Below are positions 46,307 to 55,120 of a DNA stretch of 64,000 nt, piece by piece; within the stretch, counting starts at the first letter, position 1, and every line of letters begins with the position of its first letter. Location: the IMG/VR virus record IMGVR_UViG_3300024581_003792, positions 127,006 through 191,005 of that record. One strand, written 5' to 3'. This DNA comes from a virus. Both the position numbers and the translations under genes were made by a program. The notes under the pieces were generated by a model. That model was not told the DNA's origin, ran no database searches, and saw only the letters and a program-made list of their open reading frames with translations.

Positions 46307-46871
46307 TATTATTATAGGTGTTACAGGCTTTGCTAGATCTGGCAAAGATACTTTTTTTCAAGAAAGCTCTAGATTATTATCTAAGGCTAAATGCCATAGG
46401 TATGCCTTCGCGGACGCACTAAAAGAGGAGTCTGATGATTTCTTAAAAAAACATGTTGGAATTTCTGCGTTCACAGAAGAAGCAGAGGACAAAGAATTAA
46501 TTAGGCCATTCTTAGTGACTTATGGTACGCATTTAAGGCGCAAGCTTGACCCGAACTGCTGGATAAAGAAAGTAGAGCAAGCCATTGAAGATAACCACAA
46601 AGACTCTAAGGACAATTTTATTTTTATAACTGATGTTAGGTTTGAAAACGAGGCTCAATGGGTTAAATCTATTGGAGGTATCATCACCAAAGTAACTCGA
46701 GAGGGTGTCAAGGCCGCCAACCAAGATGAACATGTTCAGTCAGCTCTGATTGAGAAACATGTAGACCTTCATATTATGTGGCCTACTTATAAGCCAGGAG
46801 ACATCAAAGAATCCCACGCATTACTAAAACCAGTTTTGAAAAAAAATTTCCGCAACTACGTTGAGTATTAG
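46299..46871 (+). CDS. Deoxynucleoside monophosphate kinase (T4 gp1-like)
   Basis: IIGVTGFARSGKDT, FADALKE, R.FL..YGT..RR, ITDVRFENE. Confidence 0.85.
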   Translation: MNNIIIGVTGFARSGKDTFFQESSRLLSKAKCHRYAFADALKEESDDFLKKHVGISAFTEEAEDKELIRPFLVTYGTHLRRKLDPNCWIKKVEQAIEDNHKDSKDNFIFITDVRFENEAQWVKSIGGIITKVTREGVKAANQDEHVQSALIEKHVDLHIMWPTYKPGDIKESHALLKPVLKKNFRNYVEY

Positions 46872-46883
46872 TGGACTATATAT
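46861..46883 (+). promoter_or_regulatory. Second copy of the 46063 element (operator-like)
   Basis: ttgagtattagtggactatatat versus ttgaattatagtggactatatat, 20/23 identical. Confidence 0.55.
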
Positions 46884-47052
46884 GAAATACAAATCACAAA
46901 AAAAATATCAAAAAAGCGAAAAAGGGAAAGAAGCGCTTTCTAAGGCTCAAAAGAAGTATGACGAAGAAAATCTTGAAAAACGTCGCGAGCAAAAGCGTGA
47001 ATATATGCGCAGAAAACGAGCTGAAAACCCAAACTATTGTAAATGGAAATGA
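46882..47052 (+). CDS. Small highly basic helical protein
   Basis: 56 aa from ATG 46882; K/R/E-rich. Confidence 0.7.
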   Translation: MKYKSQKKYQKSEKGKEALSKAQKKYDEENLEKRREQKREYMRRKRAENPNYCKWK

Positions 47053-47195
47053 GTAAATCTAATAAATGTGGAAAGAGCTGCGGGGTTTCACGTTCTTCTG
47101 GTAATGGAAAAGGTGACGCGCCGAGAAACAATCACTCCAAAAAATTTAAATCTAATTACGAAAAAATCAATTGGTCAAAAAAAACAAAAAAGTAA
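47049..47195 (+). CDS. 48-aa basic protein (not in ORF track)
   Basis: MSKSNKCGKSCG...GKGDAPR...FKSNYEKINWSKK; ATGA coupling. Confidence 0.65.
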   Translation: MSKSNKCGKSCGVSRSSGNGKGDAPRNNHSKKFKSNYEKINWSKKTKK

Positions 47196-47204
47196 ATTTA
47201 AGGC

Positions 47205-47233
47205 TTGATCAAATGTTTACGGTATGGTATATT
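47205..47233 (+). promoter_or_regulatory. Sigma70-type promoter
   Basis: TTGATC-17-TATATT with extended TG; ATG 8 nt after the -10. Confidence 0.7.
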
Positions 47234-47240
47234 ACCATCC

Positions 47241-47555
47241 ATGCGAATCATTAAAAAAGAACCGGAATCCTATGACTACGGTCATTATTGGAAAGTCCAA
47301 TATACAGAAACTAGGCCAAACGGAGAAAAACTTAAATTCAGAACTATTATTTATTGCCGGTCAAAATCTTTTGCTCTCAATATCTTGCAAAAGAAAACAA
47401 ATGAAGATTTTCCGGGTTCTAAGGTTTCTTGCGTGGAAATATCAAGAATAGGCGCACATTCTCGTTTTAATAACAAAAAACTGTCAATTAATGATTGGTT
47501 TCATGTCAGGAATGCATCTTTTCCGAATGAAGTTAATATTTTATTTAAAAAATGA
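47241..47555 (+). CDS. Hypothetical protein
   Basis: 104 aa from ATG 47241. Confidence 0.65.
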   Translation: MRIIKKEPESYDYGHYWKVQYTETRPNGEKLKFRTIIYCRSKSFALNILQKKTNEDFPGSKVSCVEISRIGAHSRFNNKKLSINDWFHVRNASFPNEVNILFKK

Positions 47556-48229
47556 ATATTACCAAGCAAGATATAGCAAAGTACAATAAATTACTTGCCG
47601 ATTTTCAGCCTGATATTAGGTACATAATAAGAAGATTTCGAAAGAATTTTCATGCGCTTTCAGAAGAAGAAGTTGCCTCAGAAGTTAATAAAAGACTTTC
47701 GAGTTATAAATCAAGATACATAAAGCATGACAGAGCTTGCTTGACCGAAGACGGTTTTAAGCGTTTTGCTTACGCCTGCACAAAAAATGCCGTTTTCTGG
47801 ACAATGAAAGGAGCTACGGGTAAGGATGAGCGTTATCGAAAAACTTTCACTACTTGTAGCTTTATGGCGCCTGATGGATCTGATGAATCAGAATCTGAAT
47901 GGGTTTTTAAAGTGATGACTTCGGCCAAAGAAGATAGTTTTCTAGAAGAAATAGACAAGCCTAATAATGTTGAGCTTATTTTAAAATGGATCAGAGATTA
48001 CAGCGACTTTTTGAGTGAGAAAGAAATGATCGTGTTTAATGATTACGTATCTGGCAAACCTCAAAGAGAAACAGCTATCACAATTAATGAAACCAGACAG
48101 TCGGTTGCTTGTATACAAAAAACTGTTGCTGACAAGATAAAATCCAATATAAAAGTTAACCTCAATCAGGATAATTCAGCTGCTAGAATAAAAAAAGGCT
48201 ATAAATCAATAAATCATCTGTTTAGATAG
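47552..48229 (+). CDS. Phage sigma70-family (ECF/gp55-like) sigma factor
   Basis: Region-2-like FKRFAYACTKNAVFW; region-4-like LSEKEMIVF..YVSGKPQRETA..INETRQSVACIQK. Confidence 0.65.
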   Translation: MNITKQDIAKYNKLLADFQPDIRYIIRRFRKNFHALSEEEVASEVNKRLSSYKSRYIKHDRACLTEDGFKRFAYACTKNAVFWTMKGATGKDERYRKTFTTCSFMAPDGSDESESEWVFKVMTSAKEDSFLEEIDKPNNVELILKWIRDYSDFLSEKEMIVFNDYVSGKPQRETAITINETRQSVACIQKTVADKIKSNIKVNLNQDNSAARIKKGYKSINHLFR

Positions 48230-48239
48230 ATAATAAATT

Positions 48240-48248
48240 GTGTATATA
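48240..48248 (+). promoter_or_regulatory. GTGTA-class promoter motif
   Basis: GTG-TATATA, GTG start 6 nt downstream. Confidence 0.55.
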
Positions 48249-48253
48249 CTTAT

Positions 48254-48484
48254 GTGAAGTTTTCTTTTGGTGAAGTTGCAATGTTAATAGGTCTAGCTCT
48301 ACTAGGCATCACTGCATACAACCAATATAATCAGCTTCAATACGCAAAAGAGACTATACAGACTCAACACGAAGCCATCAACAAGCAACAAGAACTAATT
48401 AATCATCAGATAAGATATATTGGGTTAATGGAGTCTCAGACCGTCAATTCACGCCAAAACCCTATCTATAGAGGCCCGTTATGA
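48254..48484 (+). CDS. Single-TM coiled-coil protein
   Basis: N-terminal hydrophobic helix, Gln-rich heptads. Confidence 0.65.
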   Translation: MKFSFGEVAMLIGLALLGITAYNQYNQLQYAKETIQTQHEAINKQQELINHQIRYIGLMESQTVNSRQNPIYRGPL

Positions 48485-48858
48485 CCTTAAGAGAACTGAT
48501 AGAGTCCAATAACTACAAAAAAGTCTTCAATTACCTCTATCAAACTTATTTTAAAGGTAAAAAAAACAGCGTAGTAATAGAATCAGATTTAAAATTTTAT
48601 AAATTATGGTCTGATCTTAAAAAGCTTAAAAAATCAAATCAAGATTTAATTAAGATTTATATCACCAAAACTCCAGGCGAAGACGGCTTTATAGATGTTT
48701 GCCTGTTTGATGAAATAAAAGATGAGATTTTACCCCTTGATTTTCTAGGCTCTCAAGATATAATAGATACAGAGGTTTACAAGGCATTGAATATTAATGA
48801 CTACCAAACTTTGGCGCATATATTATTTTATTTAAACAGTTTAAAAAATATTACATGA
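48481..48858 (+). CDS. Hypothetical protein
   Basis: 125-aa ORF coupled at both ends. Confidence 0.7.
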   Translation: MTLRELIESNNYKKVFNYLYQTYFKGKKNSVVIESDLKFYKLWSDLKKLKKSNQDLIKIYITKTPGEDGFIDVCLFDEIKDEILPLDFLGSQDIIDTEVYKALNINDYQTLAHILFYLNSLKNIT

Positions 48859-49253
48859 AAAAAGTAGCAATCAGCGGTTATTTTGACCCAATACATATTG
48901 GTCACTTAGAATATATTCGGTTGGCGCGTGAACTTGGAGATTATTTAGTGGTTATCGTGAATAATGACAAGCAGGCAGTTCTTAAAAAGGGAAAGTCTTT
49001 TATGTGTGAAGATGATAGACTTCAAATAGTCTCACAAATTAAAGGTGTTGATGAAGCAATATTATCTATTGATGAAGATAAAACTGTATGCAAGACGCTT
49101 GATTTAATTAAGCCCGACATTTTCGCCAATGGTGGAGATCGTAGCAATTCAGAGATTCCAGAATTTAAAATATGCAAAGAAAATGGCACTCAAGTTGTTG
49201 ATGGACTCGGAAGTAAGATCCGATCATCTTCAGAACTTACAGGCATTAAATGA
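48855..49253 (+). CDS. Cytidylyltransferase-family nucleotidyltransferase (TagD/RfaE-II-like)
   Basis: SGYFDPIHIGH, LVVIVNND, FANGGDR, KIRSSS. Confidence 0.85.
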   Translation: MKKVAISGYFDPIHIGHLEYIRLARELGDYLVVIVNNDKQAVLKKGKSFMCEDDRLQIVSQIKGVDEAILSIDEDKTVCKTLDLIKPDIFANGGDRSNSEIPEFKICKENGTQVVDGLGSKIRSSSELTGIK

Positions 49254-49759
49254 ACCTATATAACTTGCCCACTCATGCTAAAAGCCCTCGAATCGTTAAC
49301 GCAGTCATTGAAATTGAAGAGGGTTCAAAAAACAAATATGAATATGACGGAGATCTGGGGGTATTCATGTATGATAGATGTCTCAATTCTGCTATGGTTT
49401 ATCCCGCAAGTTATGGTTTTATTCCAGGAACTTTGTGCGAAGATGGTGACCCTTTGGATATAATGGTGATCAGCCCCGAACCTATCAAAAGAGCAACAGT
49501 TCTTGAGGCAAAAGTTTTAGGAGTTCTCGACATGGAAGATGAGGGCGACAAAGATTACAAAATTATAGCCGTGCCAAATTTTTATACTAGAAAATATAGT
49601 AACATCAAAGATGTGGAAGATAGTTTTCTCAAAATCGCAAAGAATTTCTTCGCTCACTATAAGGATTTAAGTATGAGCGGTGATCGCGTTAAAGTATTTG
49701 AGTGGCATCACAAGCAATACGCCTACGATATCATCGATAATAGACTTACCAACAAATAA
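49250..49759 (+). CDS. ppa: Family I inorganic pyrophosphatase
   Basis: IEI..GS.NKYEYD, YPASYGFIP.T, DGDPLD, D.KII, FF..YK. Confidence 0.92.
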   Translation: MNLYNLPTHAKSPRIVNAVIEIEEGSKNKYEYDGDLGVFMYDRCLNSAMVYPASYGFIPGTLCEDGDPLDIMVISPEPIKRATVLEAKVLGVLDMEDEGDKDYKIIAVPNFYTRKYSNIKDVEDSFLKIAKNFFAHYKDLSMSGDRVKVFEWHHKQYAYDIIDNRLTNK

Positions 49760-49760
49760 C

Positions 49761-49835
49761 ATGGAAACATTAATCATAATCGGGGCGCTAGCAATTCTCT
49801 ACGGGATTTGCGCTAAAGACGCATACAAATGGTAA
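49761..49835 (+). CDS. 24-aa single-TM peptide (not in ORF track)
   Basis: METLIIIGALAILYGICAKDAYKW; ATG 1 nt after the ppa stop. Confidence 0.45.
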   Translation: METLIIIGALAILYGICAKDAYKW

Positions 49836-49839
49836 ATAA

Positions 49840-49848
49840 GTGTACCTC
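49840..49848 (+). promoter_or_regulatory. GTGTA-class promoter motif
   Basis: GTG-TACCTC, GTG start 6 nt downstream. Confidence 0.5.
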
Positions 49849-49853
49849 TTTTA

Positions 49854-50054
49854 GTGAGAGGTATTTTTATTTTATTGATTATTATTTTATGCTGCGGTTG
49901 CTCTCACACTAAAAAGCCCCAGAAACAAGAAAAAAATTGGCTCAAAATATACGAAAACGAGCTGAATGTTGCAAGAGAAAACGATGATATTAACGCATGG
50001 ATATTTTTTTGGCCCGAATATATAAAAGAATTGCAAAACAGAAGTAAAAACTAA
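49854..50054 (+). CDS. Small putative lipoprotein
   Basis: Basic-hydrophobic signal followed by CCGCSH. Confidence 0.55.
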   Translation: MRGIFILLIIILCCGCSHTKKPQKQEKNWLKIYENELNVARENDDINAWIFFWPEYIKELQNRSKN

Positions 50055-50074
50055 GCTAGTTTTGATTTACTATA

Positions 50075-50083
50075 GTGTAATTA
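50075..50083 (+). promoter_or_regulatory. GTGTA-class promoter motif (second glycan cluster)
   Basis: GTG-TAATTA, ATG 10 nt downstream. Confidence 0.55.
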
Positions 50084-50092
50084 AATCTATCA

Positions 50093-50911
50093 ATGGATTA
50101 TACTAAATATTTATCAGTTACATACGCTTGCACTAAAAAAGAATATCTGTCTGGCGAGCTTACAGATTCTATCAACCGCTTTCTTTCCATGAAACCATCA
50201 AGGGTTTATTGCTTTGATTTGTTTTTGATATTTGACCAAGGAGATGAATCCGAGTATTCCAGCTTACTGGACTTTGAATCAAATAAAAATATCAATAAAG
50301 TTTTTGTTCATTCATTAAATATTCCTGATAAAGATAACATCTACATTAGAAGCAGGCATTCATTAAAGAAATTCAAAGAGATTGGGGAGCCCACTCTAGG
50401 TTTATCTGCTGGACCAAATAATTTATTTTTTGGCGCCATGAATTACCTTTCTAAGAAAGAATATGATTATCATATGCTACTTGAAACAGATACAAGACCG
50501 GTAAAATATTTTTGGTTTGATTTGCTTTTTAAATATTCGCAAAATAATGATTTTTTAATTGGCGGCAGTACTTACAAAGGTCACCGCGAACTCCCCAAAG
50601 AAGCTTTTTGGGCAGACCACTTAAATGGAGTTGCAATTTATAGAAACTGTGACAAGTTGCACGATTTACTGAGTGCATCTAAGACACACATAATGCAACT
50701 AATTAAAGATGGACTGCATGATTATTTTGTTAATTTTGACATTGGCATTAATTACTACATAAAATCTTCAGATTCCTTGCTGGATAAGTACAATGATGTA
50801 GTTGATACTGATATTATAGTAAATGCCTCACTTGGTGTAGATGCAAGCATCAAAGAGCAAGACATACTAACGAAACACAGAAAAGCAATTATTTTGCATC
50901 AAAAAATTTAA
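50093..50911 (+). CDS. Hypothetical protein, possible GT-A glycosyltransferase
   Basis: SAGPN..FF, MLLETD, HLNGVAIY; family not firmly recognised. Confidence 0.55.
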   Translation: MDYTKYLSVTYACTKKEYLSGELTDSINRFLSMKPSRVYCFDLFLIFDQGDESEYSSLLDFESNKNINKVFVHSLNIPDKDNIYIRSRHSLKKFKEIGEPTLGLSAGPNNLFFGAMNYLSKKEYDYHMLLETDTRPVKYFWFDLLFKYSQNNDFLIGGSTYKGHRELPKEAFWADHLNGVAIYRNCDKLHDLLSASKTHIMQLIKDGLHDYFVNFDIGINYYIKSSDSLLDKYNDVVDTDIIVNASLGVDASIKEQDILTKHRKAIILHQKI

Positions 50912-50918
50912 ATTAAAA

Positions 50919-51764
50919 ATGAAATGCAAGATACCAGTACTACTACACATACCTAAAAATGCAGGAAGTTATATAATTCAGATTTTGACCAAATATTTCA
51001 TTAGGCTTAAAAAAAAAGCATTTAATTTAAGAGTCAGAAGAGTGACGGTAACAACTCGAGACTCAACCTTGACTGTTTTTTGTCATTTTTTGACGGATTA
51101 TTGGGTTTCAGATCAACATATGAAACGTGTTGCGGAAAGAGCGAGCTCTTGTAGTTTAAGTACTTTTTTGACTTATTTAAAAAACGAACAGTTAGAAGTT
51201 TTAAGTATAGTTGTAGAGCCTATCGGTATGTCAGACATAAGAGAAGGATGTTTTTTGGCTTACAAAATTATTGATTTATGTGAAGCTGAACCTTTTAATT
51301 TCACCATATTCAGGGATTCTTTTTCTCGACAGCAATCTTTGTATTACTATTTAACTGGTGATGCCTCGTCTCATGAACTTTCTCACCATTCTATTAAAGA
51401 GAATTCTTTTATTGATTATATAAATTCGCCTTCACTTGAGGATTCCTGGCTTATACGGATTCTTTCTGGGGTTAAATCAACCACTAAATTAAATAAATAT
51501 TGGTTTAAAATTGCCTCTAATTTCTTAGATTCTAATAATTTCTTTATCGTAGATATTAATGATACAGATTATGCAATAAAATATGTACTTGAAAAATGCT
51601 TTGATGATCCTATTGAAGCCATTGATCTAGAGCAACCCTTTTATAATAGTACAAGTGCAAAAAATAAAATCACAATCCAAGATCTAGAAGAAGGGACAAA
51701 ACAAAAATTTTTAAAACATACATATTGGGACAGAAAATTATGGGAAAGATATTGCGGGGAATAG
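50919..51764 (+). CDS. Divergent sulfotransferase, ST2
   Basis: LLHIPKNAGS, TIFRDSFSRQQSLYYY, D..LWE C-terminus. Confidence 0.7.
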   Translation: MKCKIPVLLHIPKNAGSYIIQILTKYFIRLKKKAFNLRVRRVTVTTRDSTLTVFCHFLTDYWVSDQHMKRVAERASSCSLSTFLTYLKNEQLEVLSIVVEPIGMSDIREGCFLAYKIIDLCEAEPFNFTIFRDSFSRQQSLYYYLTGDASSHELSHHSIKENSFIDYINSPSLEDSWLIRILSGVKSTTKLNKYWFKIASNFLDSNNFFIVDINDTDYAIKYVLEKCFDDPIEAIDLEQPFYNSTSAKNKITIQDLEEGTKQKFLKHTYWDRKLWERYCGE

Positions 51765-51845
51765 ATAAATTTAACTATAAATTTTAATGAATTACAAATC
51801 TCGACTAAAATACATTTTTGAACCCAAACAAGTTACAAATTAAGC

Positions 51846-52535
51846 ATGAATGTAATATCATATTTTAATCCAATTGTAGGTGAAAAATTTTCAAAAGAAA
51901 GTGGCGAGCTTATTTCTATCTGGAAACAATCCTGGATTCAACAAGGATGGAGTCCCATAGTATTAAATGAAACTTGTGCGCAAAAAAATGATTTATACCA
52001 AAAATTAAGCTTCAATAATCCTAATTCGAACTTTTATAAAGAAAATCCTGCCGGTTCATTTAAGTATAATCGTTGCTGTTACTTGCGACTTCTTGCATAC
52101 TGTCAATATGTGAAAGAAAATGGCCCTACTTTATATTGCGACTATGATGTCATCAATTATGGACTGCGTTCAGATATTTTGAATAAAATTGATAAAAATT
52201 CAGTCCTATGCGAGCAAAGATCGGTTATCTATCTTGATGAATTTGGAGCTAGAGATATAGAGAGAGTTTTAATTCAATGCGAAAATACAGATAAATTAGA
52301 ATGGCATCACCGCAATGACATGCGCCTAATCGAACATGAAACCACAGTCTTCAAATTATTAATTAATAAAGAAAAACAATATATTTACTGCTGTAGTGCT
52401 TACACAGATAGAGATCATATTTGTCCATTAGTTCACTATAATGGAGGTTGCTATTTAAGAGGTGCACCAAAACATTTATCTAGGTCAGAAGTAGTATGGG
52501 CTCATGGAAGGTTAAAAAATGCTAATATCTCATAA
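51846..52535 (+). CDS. Putative GT-A glycosyltransferase
   Basis: WKQSW..QGW.P.VL, CYLRLLAY, YCDYDVIN (DxD). Confidence 0.55.
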   Translation: MNVISYFNPIVGEKFSKESGELISIWKQSWIQQGWSPIVLNETCAQKNDLYQKLSFNNPNSNFYKENPAGSFKYNRCCYLRLLAYCQYVKENGPTLYCDYDVINYGLRSDILNKIDKNSVLCEQRSVIYLDEFGARDIERVLIQCENTDKLEWHHRNDMRLIEHETTVFKLLINKEKQYIYCCSAYTDRDHICPLVHYNGGCYLRGAPKHLSRSEVVWAHGRLKNANIS

Positions 52536-53223
52536 ACATAAATTCATCACAATTGATATCCCTAAAACTGGAACAAGATCGTTTCGCGAAAGTTTGATTC
52601 CGCTTGGAGTAATTGATGAATTTGGAGTACCAAATTTAAAAGCAGAATTTTATCAACACGACGGTGCAATTCGCGCAAAAAAACAATTCGTAAAAAACGG
52701 CTGGAACTGGAATGAGTATTTTAAATTCACCATTGTTCGCAATCCATGGCAAAGATATTTTAGTTTCTTTAAATATTTCAAGCAAAAATCAGAAAGATAT
52801 GTAAATTCAAAATTAATGGGAGCTTATTTAAACTCCAAATCCAATGTCTGGCAACATTCTGGCTTATACCAAAACTGGATCAACCAAGAAATCAATGACT
52901 GCCGACAAGCATTTGATCTTTTTTCATCAAGTGGTAACGACCAAACTGTATTAAAAAACATTATATTAAACAACAACTCGCAAGATTCATATTTCTGCGA
53001 TGAAAGTGGAAAAATTATAGTAGATCATATTGCTGAGTTTGAGAACTTACGAAATGAATTTGTTTTATTGTGTGATAAACTCGGTATTCAAGCTCCAACC
53101 CTTCAACATGGCAACAAAAGCGCAAATTCACTCAACATGCACGACATCTACAACCAAGAATTAATTGATCTCGTAGCGCAAAAAGAAAAGAGCGTAATAG
53201 AATTAAAAGGATATAAATATTAA
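52519..53223 (+). CDS. Sulfotransferase, ST3
   Basis: IDIPKTGTRS, VRNPWQRYFS, EFENL, E....KGYKY. Confidence 0.82.
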   Translation: MLISHKHKFITIDIPKTGTRSFRESLIPLGVIDEFGVPNLKAEFYQHDGAIRAKKQFVKNGWNWNEYFKFTIVRNPWQRYFSFFKYFKQKSERYVNSKLMGAYLNSKSNVWQHSGLYQNWINQEINDCRQAFDLFSSSGNDQTVLKNIILNNNSQDSYFCDESGKIIVDHIAEFENLRNEFVLLCDKLGIQAPTLQHGNKSANSLNMHDIYNQELIDLVAQKEKSVIELKGYKY

Positions 53224-53227
53224 ATAA

Positions 53228-53281
53228 ATGATGATAATATATACATATTACGAAAACATCGGCAGAGAAATTGGAGAGTAA
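53228..53281 (+). pseudogene. 17-codon remnant ORF (MMIIYTYYENIGREIGE*)
   Basis: Fills the ST3-ST4 gap, TAATG-coupled to ST4; resembles the N-terminus of 51846..52535 and/or the EFGE* cassette end. Confidence 0.4.
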
Positions 53282-54315
53282 TGAACAACAATAAGCAACC
53301 GGGGATTGACACCAAATCTCTACAATTCATACATATCACAAAAAATGCAGGGACGTCCATAGAGAGAGTAGGTAAACTCATGCCTGGTACAAACTGGGGC
53401 AAAGAATGTGATTGGTTTAATCGTATGTATTTTAGACGCATTCCAAAACCAGACAACGTAAAACGCATATATGATATAATTTGGCATTTGAATGACAAAT
53501 TCGAAAAATGGCTAAATGATACATTGCAAATAATATTGCCATACGAAATAAAGGTAAAAAATGTCAAGGTAACTTACCTTAATACTAATTACCAGTCAAT
53601 TGATCACGATCTCACTCTGTCTAGTTATTTTTATCTCGATAATTTTATAGAATTTTTAAAATTATGGGGAATAGATTCTTTATATCACGACGATTTACTA
53701 AACATTAAAGATTCTTTAATAAATCATGATGGAGATATTGCCTTGACATTATGTGAATACAATAATATTCCGATAGAAGATTATATATATGATATATGGC
53801 ACGTCCCATTATCTTTAGCAGATGACAACTGTCTAGAATATATTCAACAACATCATGATTTATTTTGTGTGATTCGTAACCCATACACCAGAGTCTTGAG
53901 CGAATATTACTGCAAATGGAATATGTTTAACACACAAACGCTCGGCAATAAAACCGACACATTGGATGCTCATGTGTTCAACAGTAACTTAAAACGTATA
54001 TTACAAGCTGTTGAACAATCCCTTTCGGCTGGAAAAATTCTCACACACTGGGCGCCTCAGAGCATGTATTACATGAAAAACGGTCAACGGATCATGCCTG
54101 AAAATAATGTGTTGAGATTTGAATCATTAAAGTCTGATTTTGCTCAACTATGCAAAAGATACTACCTACCTTACGAATCATCTTACCTGAAAAAACACAA
54201 CAAGTGTGAGGCTGAAAACAGATTCAGAGCGAAGGATATCGAAAGAGAAAATCTCGACATGATAAATCATATTTACAGAGAAGACTTTAAGTACAGTGAT
54301 TATAAAACAATTTAA
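53281..54315 (+). CDS. Sulfotransferase with large insertion, ST4
   Basis: FIHITKNAGTSIE, IRNPYTRVLSEY, HWAPQ, LRFESL, Y.EDF. Confidence 0.8.
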   Translation: MNNNKQPGIDTKSLQFIHITKNAGTSIERVGKLMPGTNWGKECDWFNRMYFRRIPKPDNVKRIYDIIWHLNDKFEKWLNDTLQIILPYEIKVKNVKVTYLNTNYQSIDHDLTLSSYFYLDNFIEFLKLWGIDSLYHDDLLNIKDSLINHDGDIALTLCEYNNIPIEDYIYDIWHVPLSLADDNCLEYIQQHHDLFCVIRNPYTRVLSEYYCKWNMFNTQTLGNKTDTLDAHVFNSNLKRILQAVEQSLSAGKILTHWAPQSMYYMKNGQRIMPENNVLRFESLKSDFAQLCKRYYLPYESSYLKKHNKCEAENRFRAKDIERENLDMINHIYREDFKYSDYKTI

Positions 54316-54327
54316 ACTAATATAAAA

Positions 54328-55119
54328 ATGATAGACAAAATCTATGTAATAAATCTATCGGACAGAATTGACCGATTTGAAAAAATTCGCAGTCTAGATT
54401 CTAGAGTTCAAAGGGTTAATGCTGTTGATACCAGAACGAACAATAATGCGCTAACAGATTACAGCCTCAGCCTAGAGCCCGTAGGCCTGGGGGCTCAAAT
54501 ATATTTCTCAACCAGTCGCGGAGCAGTCGGAGCATACTTGAGTCACTACAAATGCTGGAAAAAAATCCTTGAATCAAATGATGAATGGGTAATGATAATT
54601 GAGGATGATATTAATAGAAATGATTTAAAAAAATTTTTACAGACAGACTATCAATTTACTAAGCAACATGATTTTTATCAATTGGGCGAGCGAACTAATC
54701 AATACGAATACATCCCCAATTTTAACGGATTTGAATGTTATGTTATCAACAGGCGAGCAGCACAAATATTTATTGAATCAACTCATGACAGATCCCACTT
54801 TAACAATAAAATTGACGCGCAACCACTACAACCTGAATTTAGGCAACACAACCTATTCAAAAATGAAAAACATATTGATTGGAGTGTAAACAATGTTATC
54901 TCCTGTGCGGTAGACAAGCTCGCGGGATACTGTGCGCATGAAGACCATCCGGAAGATAAAAGGATTAGAATAAAATTTATATGCGAAGTCAGTCTCGACC
55001 CTAAGTTGAGTGAATCTGATATACAAGATAAAGATATAGAAGGATGGTGGGATTGGTCATCTGAACAGTTAGAGGATTTTGTATATAATAATAAAAAGTT
55101 TAAATACTGGAAACATTAA
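54328..55119 (+). CDS. GT25-family glycosyltransferase
   Basis: IYVINL..R.DR, GAVGAYLSH..CW..I, IIEDD. Confidence 0.8.
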   Translation: MIDKIYVINLSDRIDRFEKIRSLDSRVQRVNAVDTRTNNNALTDYSLSLEPVGLGAQIYFSTSRGAVGAYLSHYKCWKKILESNDEWVMIIEDDINRNDLKKFLQTDYQFTKQHDFYQLGERTNQYEYIPNFNGFECYVINRRAAQIFIESTHDRSHFNNKIDAQPLQPEFRQHNLFKNEKHIDWSVNNVISCAVDKLAGYCAHEDHPEDKRIRIKFICEVSLDPKLSESDIQDKDIEGWWDWSSEQLEDFVYNNKKFKYWKH

Positions 55120-55120
55120 G

